From the NCBI GenBank assembly GCA_041736435.1, contig JBGSTS010000150.1, forward strand, positions 6,124-70,123: a DNA stretch of 64,000 nt. Reading direction: 5' to 3'. Below, piece by piece: positions 46,489 through 56,908 of the stretch; the first letter of the stretch is position 1; every line of letters starts with the position of its first letter. The notes under the pieces are model-generated. The model searched no databases. It saw only the letters and a list, made by a program, of their open reading frames with translations, and was not told the origin of the DNA. This DNA is from Desulfobacterales bacterium (GTDB taxonomy: Bacteria; Desulfobacterota; Desulfobacteria; Desulfobacterales; SpSt-501). Position numbers and translations under genes: made by a program.

Positions 46489-47295
46489 ATGAGCCAACCG
46501 CGTTACCTGATGGAGGGAAAAGACGAAGCGCTGCGGCTTGACCTAAAGACCGACCCCCGTGCGCTGCGCCGCCAGGCGCGTTGGGCGGGGGCGCGGCCCG
46601 GCATGCGCCTGGCGGATTTCGGCTGCGGCCCGGGGAAGACCAGCTTCCACCTCAACCGGCTGGTTCAGCCCGGCGGCGAGGTGCTGGGGATCGACATAGC
46701 ACCGGCACGCATCCGCCATGCCCGCGAGCACTACTCGGCCCCCGGGATCACATACACCTGCGCCGACATCCGCAAATCGCTGGCACCCTACGGCGCGTTC
46801 GATTTCATCTGGGTGCGCTTCGTGCTGGAGTACTTCCGCTCCTCCTCGGCCGAGATCGTCGGCAACATCGCAACCGCACTCAAACCCGGCGGGATCCTCT
46901 GCTTGGCCGACCTCGATCACAACTGCTTAAGCCACTTCGGCCTTTCAACCCGCATGGAGCACGCCCTGCACGGAATCATGGCGCGGCTCGAAAGCAGCGC
47001 GGATTTCGATCCCTACGCCGGACGCAAGCTCTATTCCTTTCTCTACGATCTCGGTTTTACCGACATCAACGTCACCCTGTATCCCCATCACCTCATCTAC
47101 GGGCCGGCCAAGAAGAGCGACTTTTTCAACTGGAACCAGAAAGTCGAAATCGCAGCGAGGAACTCCGGCTATGACTTCAACGAGTTTACCGATGGCTTCG
47201 ACGGGTTCTTGGCCGAGTTCAGGTCCTTCTTCCGCGATCAGCGGCGCTTCACCTACTCGCCGCTGATCTGCTGCCGCGGCCGAAGACCGAACTGA
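46489..47295 (+). CDS. Class I SAM-dependent methyltransferase
   Basis: Motif I LADFGCGPG and Rossmann-like downstream motifs. Start placed at ATG 46489. Confidence 0.75.
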   Translation: MSQPRYLMEGKDEALRLDLKTDPRALRRQARWAGARPGMRLADFGCGPGKTSFHLNRLVQPGGEVLGIDIAPARIRHAREHYSAPGITYTCADIRKSLAPYGAFDFIWVRFVLEYFRSSSAEIVGNIATALKPGGILCLADLDHNCLSHFGLSTRMEHALHGIMARLESSADFDPYAGRKLYSFLYDLGFTDINVTLYPHHLIYGPAKKSDFFNWNQKVEIAARNSGYDFNEFTDGFDGFLAEFRSFFRDQRRFTYSPLICCRGRRPN

Positions 47296-47359
47296 CCTGA
47301 ACGGCCGTCGAGAGACCCATCGCCTTCCTTGCCCGGCGACTCCACCGTAACACCCCTAT

Positions 47360-47388
47360 TTGACATGCATTGGGCCCAGTCGTATTAT
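47360..47388 (+). promoter_or_regulatory. Sigma-70-type promoter (TTGACA-17-TATTAT) upstream of cusC
   Basis: Consensus -35 at 47360-47365, a 17-nt spacer, and TATTAT at 47383-47388. A short palindrome CCTAT-TGT-ATAGG follows immediately. Confidence 0.5.
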
Positions 47389-47486
47389 CCCTATTGTATA
47401 GGTGTGAATCTTTTGCTGCACGCCCTGTCACGCCTCGACTGTTCGGGAACCCAGCTACATTCTGCGCACCTACAAAGGGGGTCACC

Positions 47487-48749
47487 ATGGCCCACCCGCT
47501 TCTATCGATCCTGGCCGCAGCCGTGATGCTGTCAGCAAATTCGGCGTTGGCCGAACCACCGGATCTGGACCTCGCCCGGCTGGTCCAGGAAGCCGTCGAA
47601 AACAGTCCGAAACTCATTGCTTCCCGTGAGAGGTCCGCTGCGTTGAAGGAAAAAATTCCGCAGGCTGGCGCCCTGGAAGACCCCATGCTGGGCTTTGGTG
47701 TGGTCAATCTGCCGAACAACTTCGATTTCGATGAAGAGGACATGACCGCGAAAGAAGTCTCCGTCTCTCAGAAATTCCCGTTTCCCGGCAAAAGGGGGCT
47801 GAGCGAAGAGCTCGCCGCAAGGGAGGCGGACGCGGGTTCGGCCGAGGTCGAGGAGATCGCCAACCAAGTGGTGAAAGAGGTCAAAACCGCGTTCTTCGAT
47901 CTTTCCCATGTCTACCGCACCGCGGAGGTCACCCGGCGCAACAAGAGCCTCCTGGAGGAGCTGGCCAAGATCACCCAGACCCGCTACTCCTTGGGGCAAG
48001 CCATCCAGGAGGACGTCATCCGCAGCCAGGTGGAGATCTCCAAGATGGTGGACGACCTGATCATGCTCGAACAGAAGAAGCGGGCGCTCGCGGCCAGACT
48101 GAACTACCTCCTCAACCGGCCGCCGAACAGCCCGCTCGGGCGGCCCGCAGAGTTCGAGTTCAGGCCGGCGGCGTTTTCCATTGAAGCGCTTCAGCAGCAG
48201 GCGGCGGCGGACAACCCCATGCTCAAATCCCTGAAGAAGGATATCGACGCCCGGGGCAAGAGCGTTGAGTTGGCCAGACGGGATTACTTCCCGGACTTCA
48301 ATCTGAGGTTTGCCTACGGTCAGCGGGAAGATCGTCTGGACATGGTCACCGGCATGGTCGAAATGAACCTGCCCATTTTCTTCAAATCCAGGCAGGAGCG
48401 CAAGGTGGCCGAAGGATACGCGGAAGTTCGCTCCGCTCAGGCCAAATACGACGACGCCCAAAACGAGATCCTTTACAGAATCGCTGAAATGGGATCGATG
48501 GCCCAGCGCCTGGAGCGCAAGATCGAGCTCTACCGCACGGGGATCATCCCCCAGTCCCGGATGCAGATCGACACCGCCTTGAGCGCCTACATGGTCAACA
48601 AGGCCGACTTCATGACCCTGCTGGACAGCCGCATGCGCCTTTACAATTACGAGCTGGACTACCACGGCGCCCTGACCGAGTATGAGAAGAGCCTGGCGGC
48701 CCTCGAGGCTGCGGTCGGAAAAGCCTTCTCCCGGGAGGTGGTGAAATGA
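47487..48749 (+). CDS. cusC: TolC-family outer-membrane factor of a heavy-metal RND system
   Basis: Signal peptide and TolC-type repeats. AAGGGGG RBS. Its stop overlaps the adaptor gene start (ATGA). Confidence 0.75.
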   Translation: MAHPLLSILAAAVMLSANSALAEPPDLDLARLVQEAVENSPKLIASRERSAALKEKIPQAGALEDPMLGFGVVNLPNNFDFDEEDMTAKEVSVSQKFPFPGKRGLSEELAAREADAGSAEVEEIANQVVKEVKTAFFDLSHVYRTAEVTRRNKSLLEELAKITQTRYSLGQAIQEDVIRSQVEISKMVDDLIMLEQKKRALAARLNYLLNRPPNSPLGRPAEFEFRPAAFSIEALQQQAAADNPMLKSLKKDIDARGKSVELARRDYFPDFNLRFAYGQREDRLDMVTGMVEMNLPIFFKSRQERKVAEGYAEVRSAQAKYDDAQNEILYRIAEMGSMAQRLERKIELYRTGIIPQSRMQIDTALSAYMVNKADFMTLLDSRMRLYNYELDYHGALTEYEKSLAALEAAVGKAFSREVVK

Positions 48750-49951
48750 ATCGCCTGGCATGCACCCTCCTGCTGCTGGCCTCACTTTCGACCTGGCCTG
48801 CTTTCGGCCAGGCCCAACACCCGGCCGGTCACGGCGCGAGCCCCGCCGCGCCGGAACAGAAGGCCGACCCCCTCGACGACCTGAAAGGGCTGACGATGGA
48901 GTCCGTTCAGAGGGAGGGGAAGGTCCAGGAAATCGCTCCGGGCTCCGTTCAGATCTCCCCGGAACGCCAGCAGCTCGTCGGAGTGCGCCTCGGGACAGTG
49001 GAGAAGCGACCGCTGCAGAAGGTGATCCGCACCGTCGGGCGGATCGACTACGACGAGAAGCGCATCGGCATCGTCTCTCCCAAGATCGGCGGCTGGATCG
49101 AGGAGCTTTACGTGGACTTCACGGGGCGGTTCGTCCGCAAGGGGGAACGGCTGCTCACCATCTATAGTCCGGAACTCGTTTCCACCCAGGAAGAATACCT
49201 TCTGGCCCTCAAGGCCAAGCAGGAGTGGTCGAAAAGCCCGTTTTCGGAAGTGGCCGAGGGCGGCAGCCTGCTGGCCGAATCTGCGCGCCGGCGCCTGAAG
49301 CTCTGGGACATCAGCGAGGCGCAGATCAGGGCGATCGAGGCGGGCCGCGAGCCGCAGAAAACCATGACGCTTTATAGCCCGTTTACCGGCCACGTACTTG
49401 AAAAAATGGTCAACAAGGGCCAGTTCGTGGATGCCGGCATGGCGCTCTTCAAGATCGCCGACCTCTCGGTGGTCTGGCTCATCGCCGACATCTACGAGTC
49501 CGAGCTGTCGGCCATCCGCGTGGGGCAGCAGGCGGCCATCCAAATGTCCTACTACCCCGGTGAAACCTTCACCGGCAAAGCCATCTACATTTACCCCTAC
49601 CTGGACGCCCAGACCCGGACGGCCAAGGTCCGGTATGAGTTCGCCAACCCCCACGGCAAGCTCAAACCGGAAATGTTCGCCGATGTGGAGATCACCGTGC
49701 ACCTCGGCGACAAACTGGCGGTGCCGGAGGGCGCGGTCATCGACACCGGGGTCCGCAAGGTGGTCATCGTCGATCGGGGTTCCGGCTATTTCGAGCCCCG
49801 CGAGGTCCGGCTCGGGGCCAGGGCCGGCGAGGTTTTTGAAGTCCTGGACGGCCTCACGGCCGGGGAGCGGGTGGTCATCAGCGCCAATTTCCTCATCGAC
49901 TCGGAATCCAAGCTCAAAGAGGCCGTCGGCGGAACGGGCCATCAGCATTAG
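48746..49951 (+). CDS. cusB: RND periplasmic adaptor (CusB/CzcB-like membrane fusion protein)
   Basis: HlyD/MFP-type barrel-sandwich and beta-barrel sequence. It lies between the OMF and RND pump genes. Confidence 0.8.
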   Translation: MNRLACTLLLLASLSTWPAFGQAQHPAGHGASPAAPEQKADPLDDLKGLTMESVQREGKVQEIAPGSVQISPERQQLVGVRLGTVEKRPLQKVIRTVGRIDYDEKRIGIVSPKIGGWIEELYVDFTGRFVRKGERLLTIYSPELVSTQEEYLLALKAKQEWSKSPFSEVAEGGSLLAESARRRLKLWDISEAQIRAIEAGREPQKTMTLYSPFTGHVLEKMVNKGQFVDAGMALFKIADLSVVWLIADIYESELSAIRVGQQAAIQMSYYPGETFTGKAIYIYPYLDAQTRTAKVRYEFANPHGKLKPEMFADVEITVHLGDKLAVPEGAVIDTGVRKVVIVDRGSGYFEPREVRLGARAGEVFEVLDGLTAGERVVISANFLIDSESKLKEAVGGTGHQH

Positions 49952-49953
49952 CC

Positions 49954-52900
49954 ATGATAGAGAGAATCATAGAGAGCTGCGCGCGCAACCGGTTCCTGGT
50001 CTTCGCGGCGGTGGTACTGCTGACGCTGGGAGGGGTGGTTGCGCTGAGAAACATCCCGCTCGACGCCCTGCCGGACATCTCCGACGTGCAGGTGATCATC
50101 TACACGCCGTGGGAAGGCCGCAGCCCGGACCTGATCGAAGACCAGGTCACCTACCCGATCGTCACCGCCCTCATTTCAGCCCCGCGGGTCAAGACCGTGC
50201 GCGGGTTCTCCGATTTCGGGTTCTCCTTCGTCTACGCCATTTTCGAGGACGGGACCGACATCTACTGGGCGCGTTCCCGGGTGCTGGAATACCTGCAGCA
50301 GATATCGGGGCGGCTGCCCGAGGGCGCCGCCCCGGTCCTCGGCCCGGACGCGACGGGTGTCGGCTGGGTCTTCACCTACGCCCTGGTGGATGAGAGCGCC
50401 ACGCATGATCTCGCCTTCCTGCGCACCCTGCAGGACTGGTACATCCGCTATGCCCTGGCGAGCGTCGAGGGGGTAGCGGAGGTCGCCAGCGTGGGCGGTT
50501 TCGTCAAGCAGTACCAGGTCAACATCGACCCCAACCGCCTGTCGTCCTACGGACTGTCCATCCGCGAGGTGATGGACCGCATCAAGATGTCCAACAACGA
50601 CGTGGAAGGCCGCCTGATCGAGATGTCCGGCCGGGAGTACATGGTCCGCGGCCGGGGCTACATCAAATCGCCCGCGGACATCCAGTCGATCGTGGTCGGC
50701 AGCAAGGGCGGAACCCCGGTGCTGCTGCGCGACATCGCCAACGTCGCCCTCGGGCCCGACATCCGGCGCGGAATCGTGGAGCTGGACGGCCGGGGCGAAG
50801 TCGCCGGCGGCATCGTGGTGATGCGGCACGGTGAAAACGCCCTCACGGTGATCAACGCCGTCAAAGCGAAGATCCAGGAGATCGCCCCCGGCCTCCCGGA
50901 AGGCGTACGCATCGTCCCGACCTACGACCGCTCCGAGCTGATCCGCCTGTCCATCACAAATCTGCAGAGGACCCTGATCGAGGAGATCGTCGTGGTCAGC
51001 CTGGTGGTGATCTTTTTCCTGTTCCATTTCCGCTCCGCCCTCGTACCGATCTTCACGCTGCCGGTCGCCGTGGTGATCTCGTTCATTCCCATGTATTTTT
51101 TTCAAATCAGCTCCAACATCATGTCGCTCGGCGGCATTGCGCTTTCCATCGGCGTTCTGGTGGACGCCTCCATTGTCATGGTGGAAAACGGCTATCGGCA
51201 CCTGTCCGAAGGCACGACAGAGGACCGCCGGAACAGCTCCGCCACCGTGATCCGGGCCTGCCAGCAGGTGGGCCGGGGCATCTTCTTCGCCCTGATCATC
51301 ATCATCGTCTCCTTTGTGCCCGTCTTCATGCTGGAAGCTCAGGAGGGCCGGCTCTTCCGCCCGCTGGCCTTCACCAAAACCTTTGCCATGGCGGCCTCCT
51401 CCATCCTCGCCATCACGTTGGTGCCGGTGCTCATGACGGTTTTCCTCAAGGGCAAGCGCCTCCAGCCGGAGGCCGCCAACCCGGTTTCACGCTTTCTTAG
51501 ATGGATCTACGAACCGGTGATCCGCTGGGTACTGCGATTCCGGAAAACCGCCCTGTTCGTCAACTTTTTACTGATCCCGCTCAGCATCGTCCTGATGCTG
51601 CGGATTGGCAGCGAGTTCATGCCCCCGCTCTATGAGGGAACTATTTTCTACATGCCGGTCACCAGTCCGGGAATATCCGTGACCGAGGCCGGCCGGCTTT
51701 TGGCCACCCAGGACCGGATCCTCAAAAGCTTTCCCGAGGTCGAAACAGTTTTCGGCAAGGCCGGGCGGGCGGAGACCGCCACCGACCCGGCCCCGTTCAG
51801 CATGATGGAGACCACTGTTCAGCTTAAACCCAAGAGCCAATGGCGCAAAGTTGAAAAGGATTACACCCATCTACCCGAGTGGCTGCGCCCGGCCGCCGCA
51901 GCACTTTTCGGCGCAGAGCGCACCCTGACTTACGAGGAGCTGGTCGAGCAGATGGATCAGCAGATGCAGTTTCCGGGGTTTCAAAATGCCTGGACCATGC
52001 CGATCCGCGCCCGGATCGACATGCTCAGCACCGGCATCCGCACCCCCGTCGGGATAAAGATCTTCGGGCCCGAGCTGCACACCATTCAAGAGCTGGGCAT
52101 TCAGATCGAAAGCGTCTTGAAAGAGGTAGTGGGGACCCGCAGCGTCTATGCCGAGCGGGTGGCCGGGGGGTTCTTCGTCGACATCGACATCCGGCGCGAG
52201 GCCATCGCCCGCTACGGGCTGACGGTGGGCGAGGTCCAGGAGGTGATCCAATCGGCCATCGGCGGTATGAACATCACCCGCACGGTCGAGGGCCGAGAGC
52301 GCTACCCCGTCAACGTTCGGTACCCGCGGGAGCTACGCGACGACCTCGAAAAACTCAAGCGCATTCTGGTGCCGGCGCGCATGGGGATAAACGCCCGGAT
52401 GGACACCGGAGGATCCTCCGGTACGGGCATGGCTCAAATACCACTCTCCCAGCTGGCCGACATCCGGGTCACCACCGGACCGGCCATGATCCGGGACGAG
52501 GACGCTATGCTCGCCGGCTATGTGTTCATCGACGTCGCCGCCCGAGACATCGGCGGCTACGTAGAGGAGGCCAAGCGCATGATTCAAGAACGGCTGAAAC
52601 TTCCGGCCGGGTACTTCCTGACGTGGAGCGGCCAGTACGAATTTCAACTGCGCGCCAAGGAGCGGTTGAAACTCCTGCTGCCGGTCGTGTTCTTCGTCAT
52701 CTTCATCCTGCTTTACATGACGTTCCACTCCATTTCCGAGTCGATCATCCTGATGGGCGCCGTTCTGTATGCCATGACCGGTGGTGTAATTCTTCAGTAC
52801 CTGCTGGGCTACCATTTCAGCGTGGCCGTCTGGGTGGGCTACATCGCTCTCTACGGGATCGCGGTGGAGACCGGCGTGGTAATGATCATCTACCTTCACG

Positions 52901-53211
52901 AGGCCCTCGACCGTCGTCTGGCGCGAGGCGAGATCGGCCCGCAGGAAATCCTGGAAGCCACCGTCGAGGGGTCGGTGCTGCGGCTGCGGCCGAAGATCAT
53001 GACGGTGGGCACCACCTTGATCGCGCTGCTCCCGATTATGTGGTCGGCCGGAGTCGGTGCGGACGTGATGAAACCGATCGCCGCCCCCATCATCGGCGGG
53101 GTCGTCACCTCGACCATCCACGTGCTCATCATCACCCCGTTGATCTTCACCATGGTTAAGGAGCGGGCGCTCAAGCGCGGGCGCCTGCAATCTTCAGATA
53201 AGAAGCACTGA
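49954..53211 (+). CDS. cusA: CusA-type heavy-metal (Cu/Ag) efflux RND pump
   Basis: 1085 aa with 12 TM helices. The motifs carrying the CusA methionine triad are conserved (IFYMPVT, SMMETT, RIDMLSTG), as I recall them from E. coli CusA. Confidence 0.85.
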   Translation: MIERIIESCARNRFLVFAAVVLLTLGGVVALRNIPLDALPDISDVQVIIYTPWEGRSPDLIEDQVTYPIVTALISAPRVKTVRGFSDFGFSFVYAIFEDGTDIYWARSRVLEYLQQISGRLPEGAAPVLGPDATGVGWVFTYALVDESATHDLAFLRTLQDWYIRYALASVEGVAEVASVGGFVKQYQVNIDPNRLSSYGLSIREVMDRIKMSNNDVEGRLIEMSGREYMVRGRGYIKSPADIQSIVVGSKGGTPVLLRDIANVALGPDIRRGIVELDGRGEVAGGIVVMRHGENALTVINAVKAKIQEIAPGLPEGVRIVPTYDRSELIRLSITNLQRTLIEEIVVVSLVVIFFLFHFRSALVPIFTLPVAVVISFIPMYFFQISSNIMSLGGIALSIGVLVDASIVMVENGYRHLSEGTTEDRRNSSATVIRACQQVGRGIFFALIIIIVSFVPVFMLEAQEGRLFRPLAFTKTFAMAASSILAITLVPVLMTVFLKGKRLQPEAANPVSRFLRWIYEPVIRWVLRFRKTALFVNFLLIPLSIVLMLRIGSEFMPPLYEGTIFYMPVTSPGISVTEAGRLLATQDRILKSFPEVETVFGKAGRAETATDPAPFSMMETTVQLKPKSQWRKVEKDYTHLPEWLRPAAAALFGAERTLTYEELVEQMDQQMQFPGFQNAWTMPIRARIDMLSTGIRTPVGIKIFGPELHTIQELGIQIESVLKEVVGTRSVYAERVAGGFFVDIDIRREAIARYGLTVGEVQEVIQSAIGGMNITRTVEGRERYPVNVRYPRELRDDLEKLKRILVPARMGINARMDTGGSSGTGMAQIPLSQLADIRVTTGPAMIRDEDAMLAGYVFIDVAARDIGGYVEEAKRMIQERLKLPAGYFLTWSGQYEFQLRAKERLKLLLPVVFFVIFILLYMTFHSISESIILMGAVLYAMTGGVILQYLLGYHFSVAVWVGYIALYGIAVETGVVMIIYLHEALDRRLARGEIGPQEILEATVEGSVLRLRPKIMTVGTTLIALLPIMWSAGVGADVMKPIAAPIIGGVVTSTIHVLIITPLIFTMVKERALKRGRLQSSDKKH

Positions 53212-53259
53212 ATGCGATCCAAACGGACCGCAACAGGCTATCAGACAGGAGGATCGCAC

Positions 53260-53739
53260 ATGAAAAGAAACAATGTCCTGGTGGTTTTCTTCAGCTCCGT
53301 TATTATCATGGTGCCCGATCTTTCATCGGCCCAGCACACTCATGGCCACGGATCCAGCGGGGGCAACATGAAGATGGACACCCGTGAAGTCCTGGTGGAA
53401 AACTTTAAAGTCACCTTCCAGATAATGGCCAACAATGAGCATCGCAAAATGCTCAAGGACATGAACATGAAGGACGACATCGAAGCGGGCACCACCCACA
53501 ACGTGACGGTGACCCTGAGCGATCCGGTGGCCCAAACGCTGATCACCGACGCGGCGATCAGCATGAAAGTGGTCGATCCCACGGGCGAGGACCAGATCAA
53601 GAGACTAAAATATGAAGACTCGATGAAGAGCTATGACGGGTATTTCAACATGCCGGACAAGGGCAGGTACGAGCTGCTGGTTCTCATCCGACAGGGAGAC
53701 CGACGCACCTCTGCAGGGGCCTATTATGAGCTGAAGTAG
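53260..53739 (+). CDS. Periplasmic His/Met-rich beta-sandwich protein (YtkA/FixH-like), candidate metal chaperone
   Basis: AGGAGG RBS and a signal peptide. The mature N-terminus is QHTHGHGSSGGNMKMD, and the body is an Ig-like beta-rich sequence. It lies 49 nt after cusA. Confidence 0.6.
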   Translation: MKRNNVLVVFFSSVIIMVPDLSSAQHTHGHGSSGGNMKMDTREVLVENFKVTFQIMANNEHRKMLKDMNMKDDIEAGTTHNVTVTLSDPVAQTLITDAAISMKVVDPTGEDQIKRLKYEDSMKSYDGYFNMPDKGRYELLVLIRQGDRRTSAGAYYELK

Positions 53740-53747
53740 AAAATGAA

Positions 53748-53810
53748 GCCGCCGGGGTGACCTGAGGCAGGAGGTTCTGCCTCTAAACGGCTGGGGACTT
53801 CCCCGGCGGC
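53748..53810. other. Nested GC-rich hairpin filling the convergent intergenic gap
   Basis: Outer 10-bp stem GCCGCCGGGG/CCCCGGCGGC encloses an inner 7-bp hairpin GAGGCAG/CTGCCTC (53764-53783). There is no T-run on either side. Confidence 0.35.
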
Positions 53811-53815
53811 GATGT

Positions 53816-54601
53816 TTAGAAGGACCGCGAAACAGCGAAGACGACTCTCTCGTCGGCAATGTCCTCGCCGAGGAAATTCGCCTCGTCGGTCTCCTGGTAG
53901 TTCAGATCCAGCGTGAACCCAAGCAGCGGCCTCGAAATTCCCACCTGCCAGTGGGTGTAATCAAACCCATCATTCCCGTTTTCGCCGGCCCCGTTCCCGG
54001 TGCTCTTTTCTCCCTCCACCCACTGGTAGCCGACCAGACCGTAAAGTGTGAATTCGAAGGGGAGGGAGAGGTCGAGGCGGCCGCTCGTGTAATGGGCATC
54101 GCCGTCTTCTCCGAAAAAGTCCGGCGAGTAGTTGTAACCTGCGGTAATCTTAGGGCCGAGGGGCAGGTCTTTGAACGTGTAGTCAGCCCCCAGGTGCCCT
54201 TCCACATAGTTTTTGCGGGGATCGTCCCCGCCTCCCGGGTAGTAGTAATAGATAAGCGAGGCCTGAACATTGAAGGCAGGGACTATCTCGATGCCATACC
54301 CGCCGTAGATGTCTAACTCGACGTTCCCTTTGGAGACATAGTCATCCACGTTCGAGCCCCATAGCCCCGCAAACAAGCCGATTGGGTGCTTGTAGTCGAA
54401 GCTGCCCTGCACGGCGGGTTTGTTGTCCGTCTGGGAGACCCCCCGAAAGACATAATCCGTGGCAAAGGTGAGGGTGGCGCTAAAGTTTTCGGGGTTGGTC
54501 GTCTGGCTCCACCAATCCTCGGCCGATACCGGATTGGGGGTGAACGCCAAGGCTACCCAGCAGGCACCCAACATCGTTGCAACAGCCATGATCCGTTTCA
54601 T
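53816..54601 (-). CDS. TorF/TIGR02001-family putative outer-membrane porin
   Basis: Signal peptide, the hallmark ATDYVFRGVSQT motif, and a C-terminal aromatic residue. It lies downstream of amtB, a common neighbourhood for this family. Confidence 0.75.
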   Translation of the reverse strand: MKRIMAVATMLGACWVALAFTPNPVSAEDWWSQTTNPENFSATLTFATDYVFRGVSQTDNKPAVQGSFDYKHPIGLFAGLWGSNVDDYVSKGNVELDIYGGYGIEIVPAFNVQASLIYYYYPGGGDDPRKNYVEGHLGADYTFKDLPLGPKITAGYNYSPDFFGEDGDAHYTSGRLDLSLPFEFTLYGLVGYQWVEGEKSTGNGAGENGNDGFDYTHWQVGISRPLLGFTLDLNYQETDEANFLGEDIADERVVFAVSRSF

Positions 54602-54711
54602 GAAGCCTTTCCTTTCTTTGATCTTGCGTGTTGTGAACGGTTTATGCTTGTCGTGCCGCCGGCAGATCCTCCGGAGACGAATCCCACCGGCGGCTTGTTA
54701 ACTCCATAAGG

Positions 54712-56121
54712 TCAGGTTTGCTTGACCGGCGACATCCTTGCACTCAATTGAGCCTCAGCCGCATACCCCGCACCGGCCGGGGCCGCCGTGATCCCGCCCC
54801 CATGCGACAGCACCTCAAAGTCCGGGTAGGCCACACCGGCGTGTTCGCTGATATCGAGACCCTCGAGTTCCTCTTCGGGGGAGACGCGCAAGCCGACGGT
54901 TTTGGCGATGACCTTGAACAGGACAAATACCGTGGGGAACACCCACAGGAAGCAGGCGGCAATCCCCAGCGCCTGGACACCGACCTGCCCCCAATCGAGA
55001 CCGTTCACATGGAAGAACCCGGCCGCCAGGGTGCCCCATGCGCCGCTGACGCCATGAACCGAGATCGCACCCACGGGGTCGTCGACCCGCAGCCGCTCGA
55101 AAAAAAGTACGGACAGAACCACGAGTACGCCGCCGGCGGCCCCGATCACAACGGCGCTGAGCGGGGTCACCGTCGCACAGGGGCTGGTGATCGCCACCAG
55201 ACCTGCCAGAGCCCCGTTCAGGCTCATGCCGATTTCCGGCTTGCCGAATTTAAACCATGAGGTGGCCATGGCCATCACGCAGCCTGCGGCCGCAGCCAGG
55301 TTGGTATTGACGAAAATCAGGGCGATGTCCTTGTTGGCCGCCGTGGTGGAACCGGGGTTGAATCCGAACCATCCCAGCCAGAGAATAAAAACCCCCAGGG
55401 CTGCCAACGGCATGTTGTGGCCCAGAATCGGCCTGACTCTTCCGTCTTTGGCGTATTTTCCGAGCCGCGGTCCCAGCACCAGAGTGCCGGCCAGAGCTGC
55501 CCAGCCACCGACGGAATGCACCACCGTAGAACCGGCAAAGTCAATGAAGCCCAGCGACTCGAGCCACCCCTTGCCGTTGAGCAGACCGCCCCAGGCCCAA
55601 CTGCCGAAGATCGGGTAGATCACGGCCGAGATGGCCACGCTGTAAATCAGATAGCCGACGAACTTGGTGCGCTCGGCCATGGCGCCGGAAACGATGGTGG
55701 CCGCCGTGGCGGCGAACACCACCTGAAACATCCAGAAGGCCAGCACCCACGGGTCTTCGCCGGGGGTGTAGTCGCTCAGGAAAAAGCCCGATGTCCCAAA
55801 CCAGCCGGTGCTGCTGGCACCGAACATCAGCCCGAAACCGACCGCCCAGAAAGCGATGGATCCGGCAGCGAAGTCCATGATGTTCTTCATCATGATGTTG
55901 ATGGCGTTTTTAGCACGGGTGAAGCCGGTTTCCACCAGGGCGAAGCCGGCCTGCATAAAGAAAACTAGCGCTGCGGCCACCAGGGTCCAGAGGTAGTTGG
56001 CGTGGGTCTGGACCAGGTCGATGGCCGTTTTGTTGGACTCTAGGGTGGGGGGCTCGCCGCCGGCCCACACCGAGGCCGCACTCATCAGGAGGATCACGGC
56101 TGACAGGACTAAAGTACTCAT
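54712..56121 (-). CDS. amtB: Ammonium transporter AmtB
   Basis: Amt family signatures (..DFAGSTVVHSVGGW.., ..AISVHGVSGAWGTL..), 11 TM helices plus a signal. Confidence 0.9.
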   Translation of the reverse strand: MSTLVLSAVILLMSAASVWAGGEPPTLESNKTAIDLVQTHANYLWTLVAAALVFFMQAGFALVETGFTRAKNAINIMMKNIMDFAAGSIAFWAVGFGLMFGASSTGWFGTSGFFLSDYTPGEDPWVLAFWMFQVVFAATAATIVSGAMAERTKFVGYLIYSVAISAVIYPIFGSWAWGGLLNGKGWLESLGFIDFAGSTVVHSVGGWAALAGTLVLGPRLGKYAKDGRVRPILGHNMPLAALGVFILWLGWFGFNPGSTTAANKDIALIFVNTNLAAAAGCVMAMATSWFKFGKPEIGMSLNGALAGLVAITSPCATVTPLSAVVIGAAGGVLVVLSVLFFERLRVDDPVGAISVHGVSGAWGTLAAGFFHVNGLDWGQVGVQALGIAACFLWVFPTVFVLFKVIAKTVGLRVSPEEELEGLDISEHAGVAYPDFEVLSHGGGITAAPAGAGYAAEAQLSARMSPVKQT

Positions 56122-56175
56122 GGCATGTTCTCCTTGGTTATGGGGATTGATATCATCAGGTATGCGCCGGGGGAG

Positions 56176-56532
<357 letters not shown>

Positions 56533-56577
56533 TCAGTTTGTGAGACCCCGATTCGTAGGATAACGGTTGATACACTT

Positions 56578-56593
56578 ATCAAGTTGTATGCCA
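56578..56593 (-). promoter_or_regulatory. Sigma-54-like promoter candidate for glnK-amtB
   Basis: The minus strand reads TGGCAT-ACAAC-TTGAT. The GG-N10 spacing is correct but -12 is GA instead of GC. It is about 65 nt upstream of the glnK ATG. Confidence 0.35.
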
Positions 56594-56810
56594 TCGTTCG
56601 CAGCCAATACTAATTAATTGATTTTATTATGTTAGCTTGGTTTATTCTGGATAATGGTTTATTTATTAATTAACATATTTGTATTATAAATAATAAAAAA
56701 ATCCAATTATGTATTTTTTAATTGGCTTGGCATGTGGATCAGCCTTCAGGCTCACGGCACGCCATCCACCGGGCAGCTCCCTTTCCTGGAGTTCAAAGGA
56801 GAAGCGGTTT

Positions 56811-56839
56811 TTGACAATCACTGCGTCGTGGTATATTAA
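56811..56839 (+). promoter_or_regulatory. Sigma-70-type promoter candidate upstream of pal
   Basis: TTGACA at 56811-56816. Two readings follow: TGgTATATT (extended -10, 15-nt spacer) or TATTAA (17-nt spacer). Confidence 0.4.
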
Positions 56840-56908
56840 ACGTGATTAAATTCGGTTTGCCAGAAACGTCGGGCCAACGGGGATTCAGCACCACGCCGAT
56901 GCAAGGAG

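Noticed and set aside
51879-53159. 426-aa plus-strand ORF inside cusA in another frame (and 49398..50393)
   Set aside because: The translation is Arg/Gly/Pro/His-rich with no features. The cusA frame is fully supported across this span.
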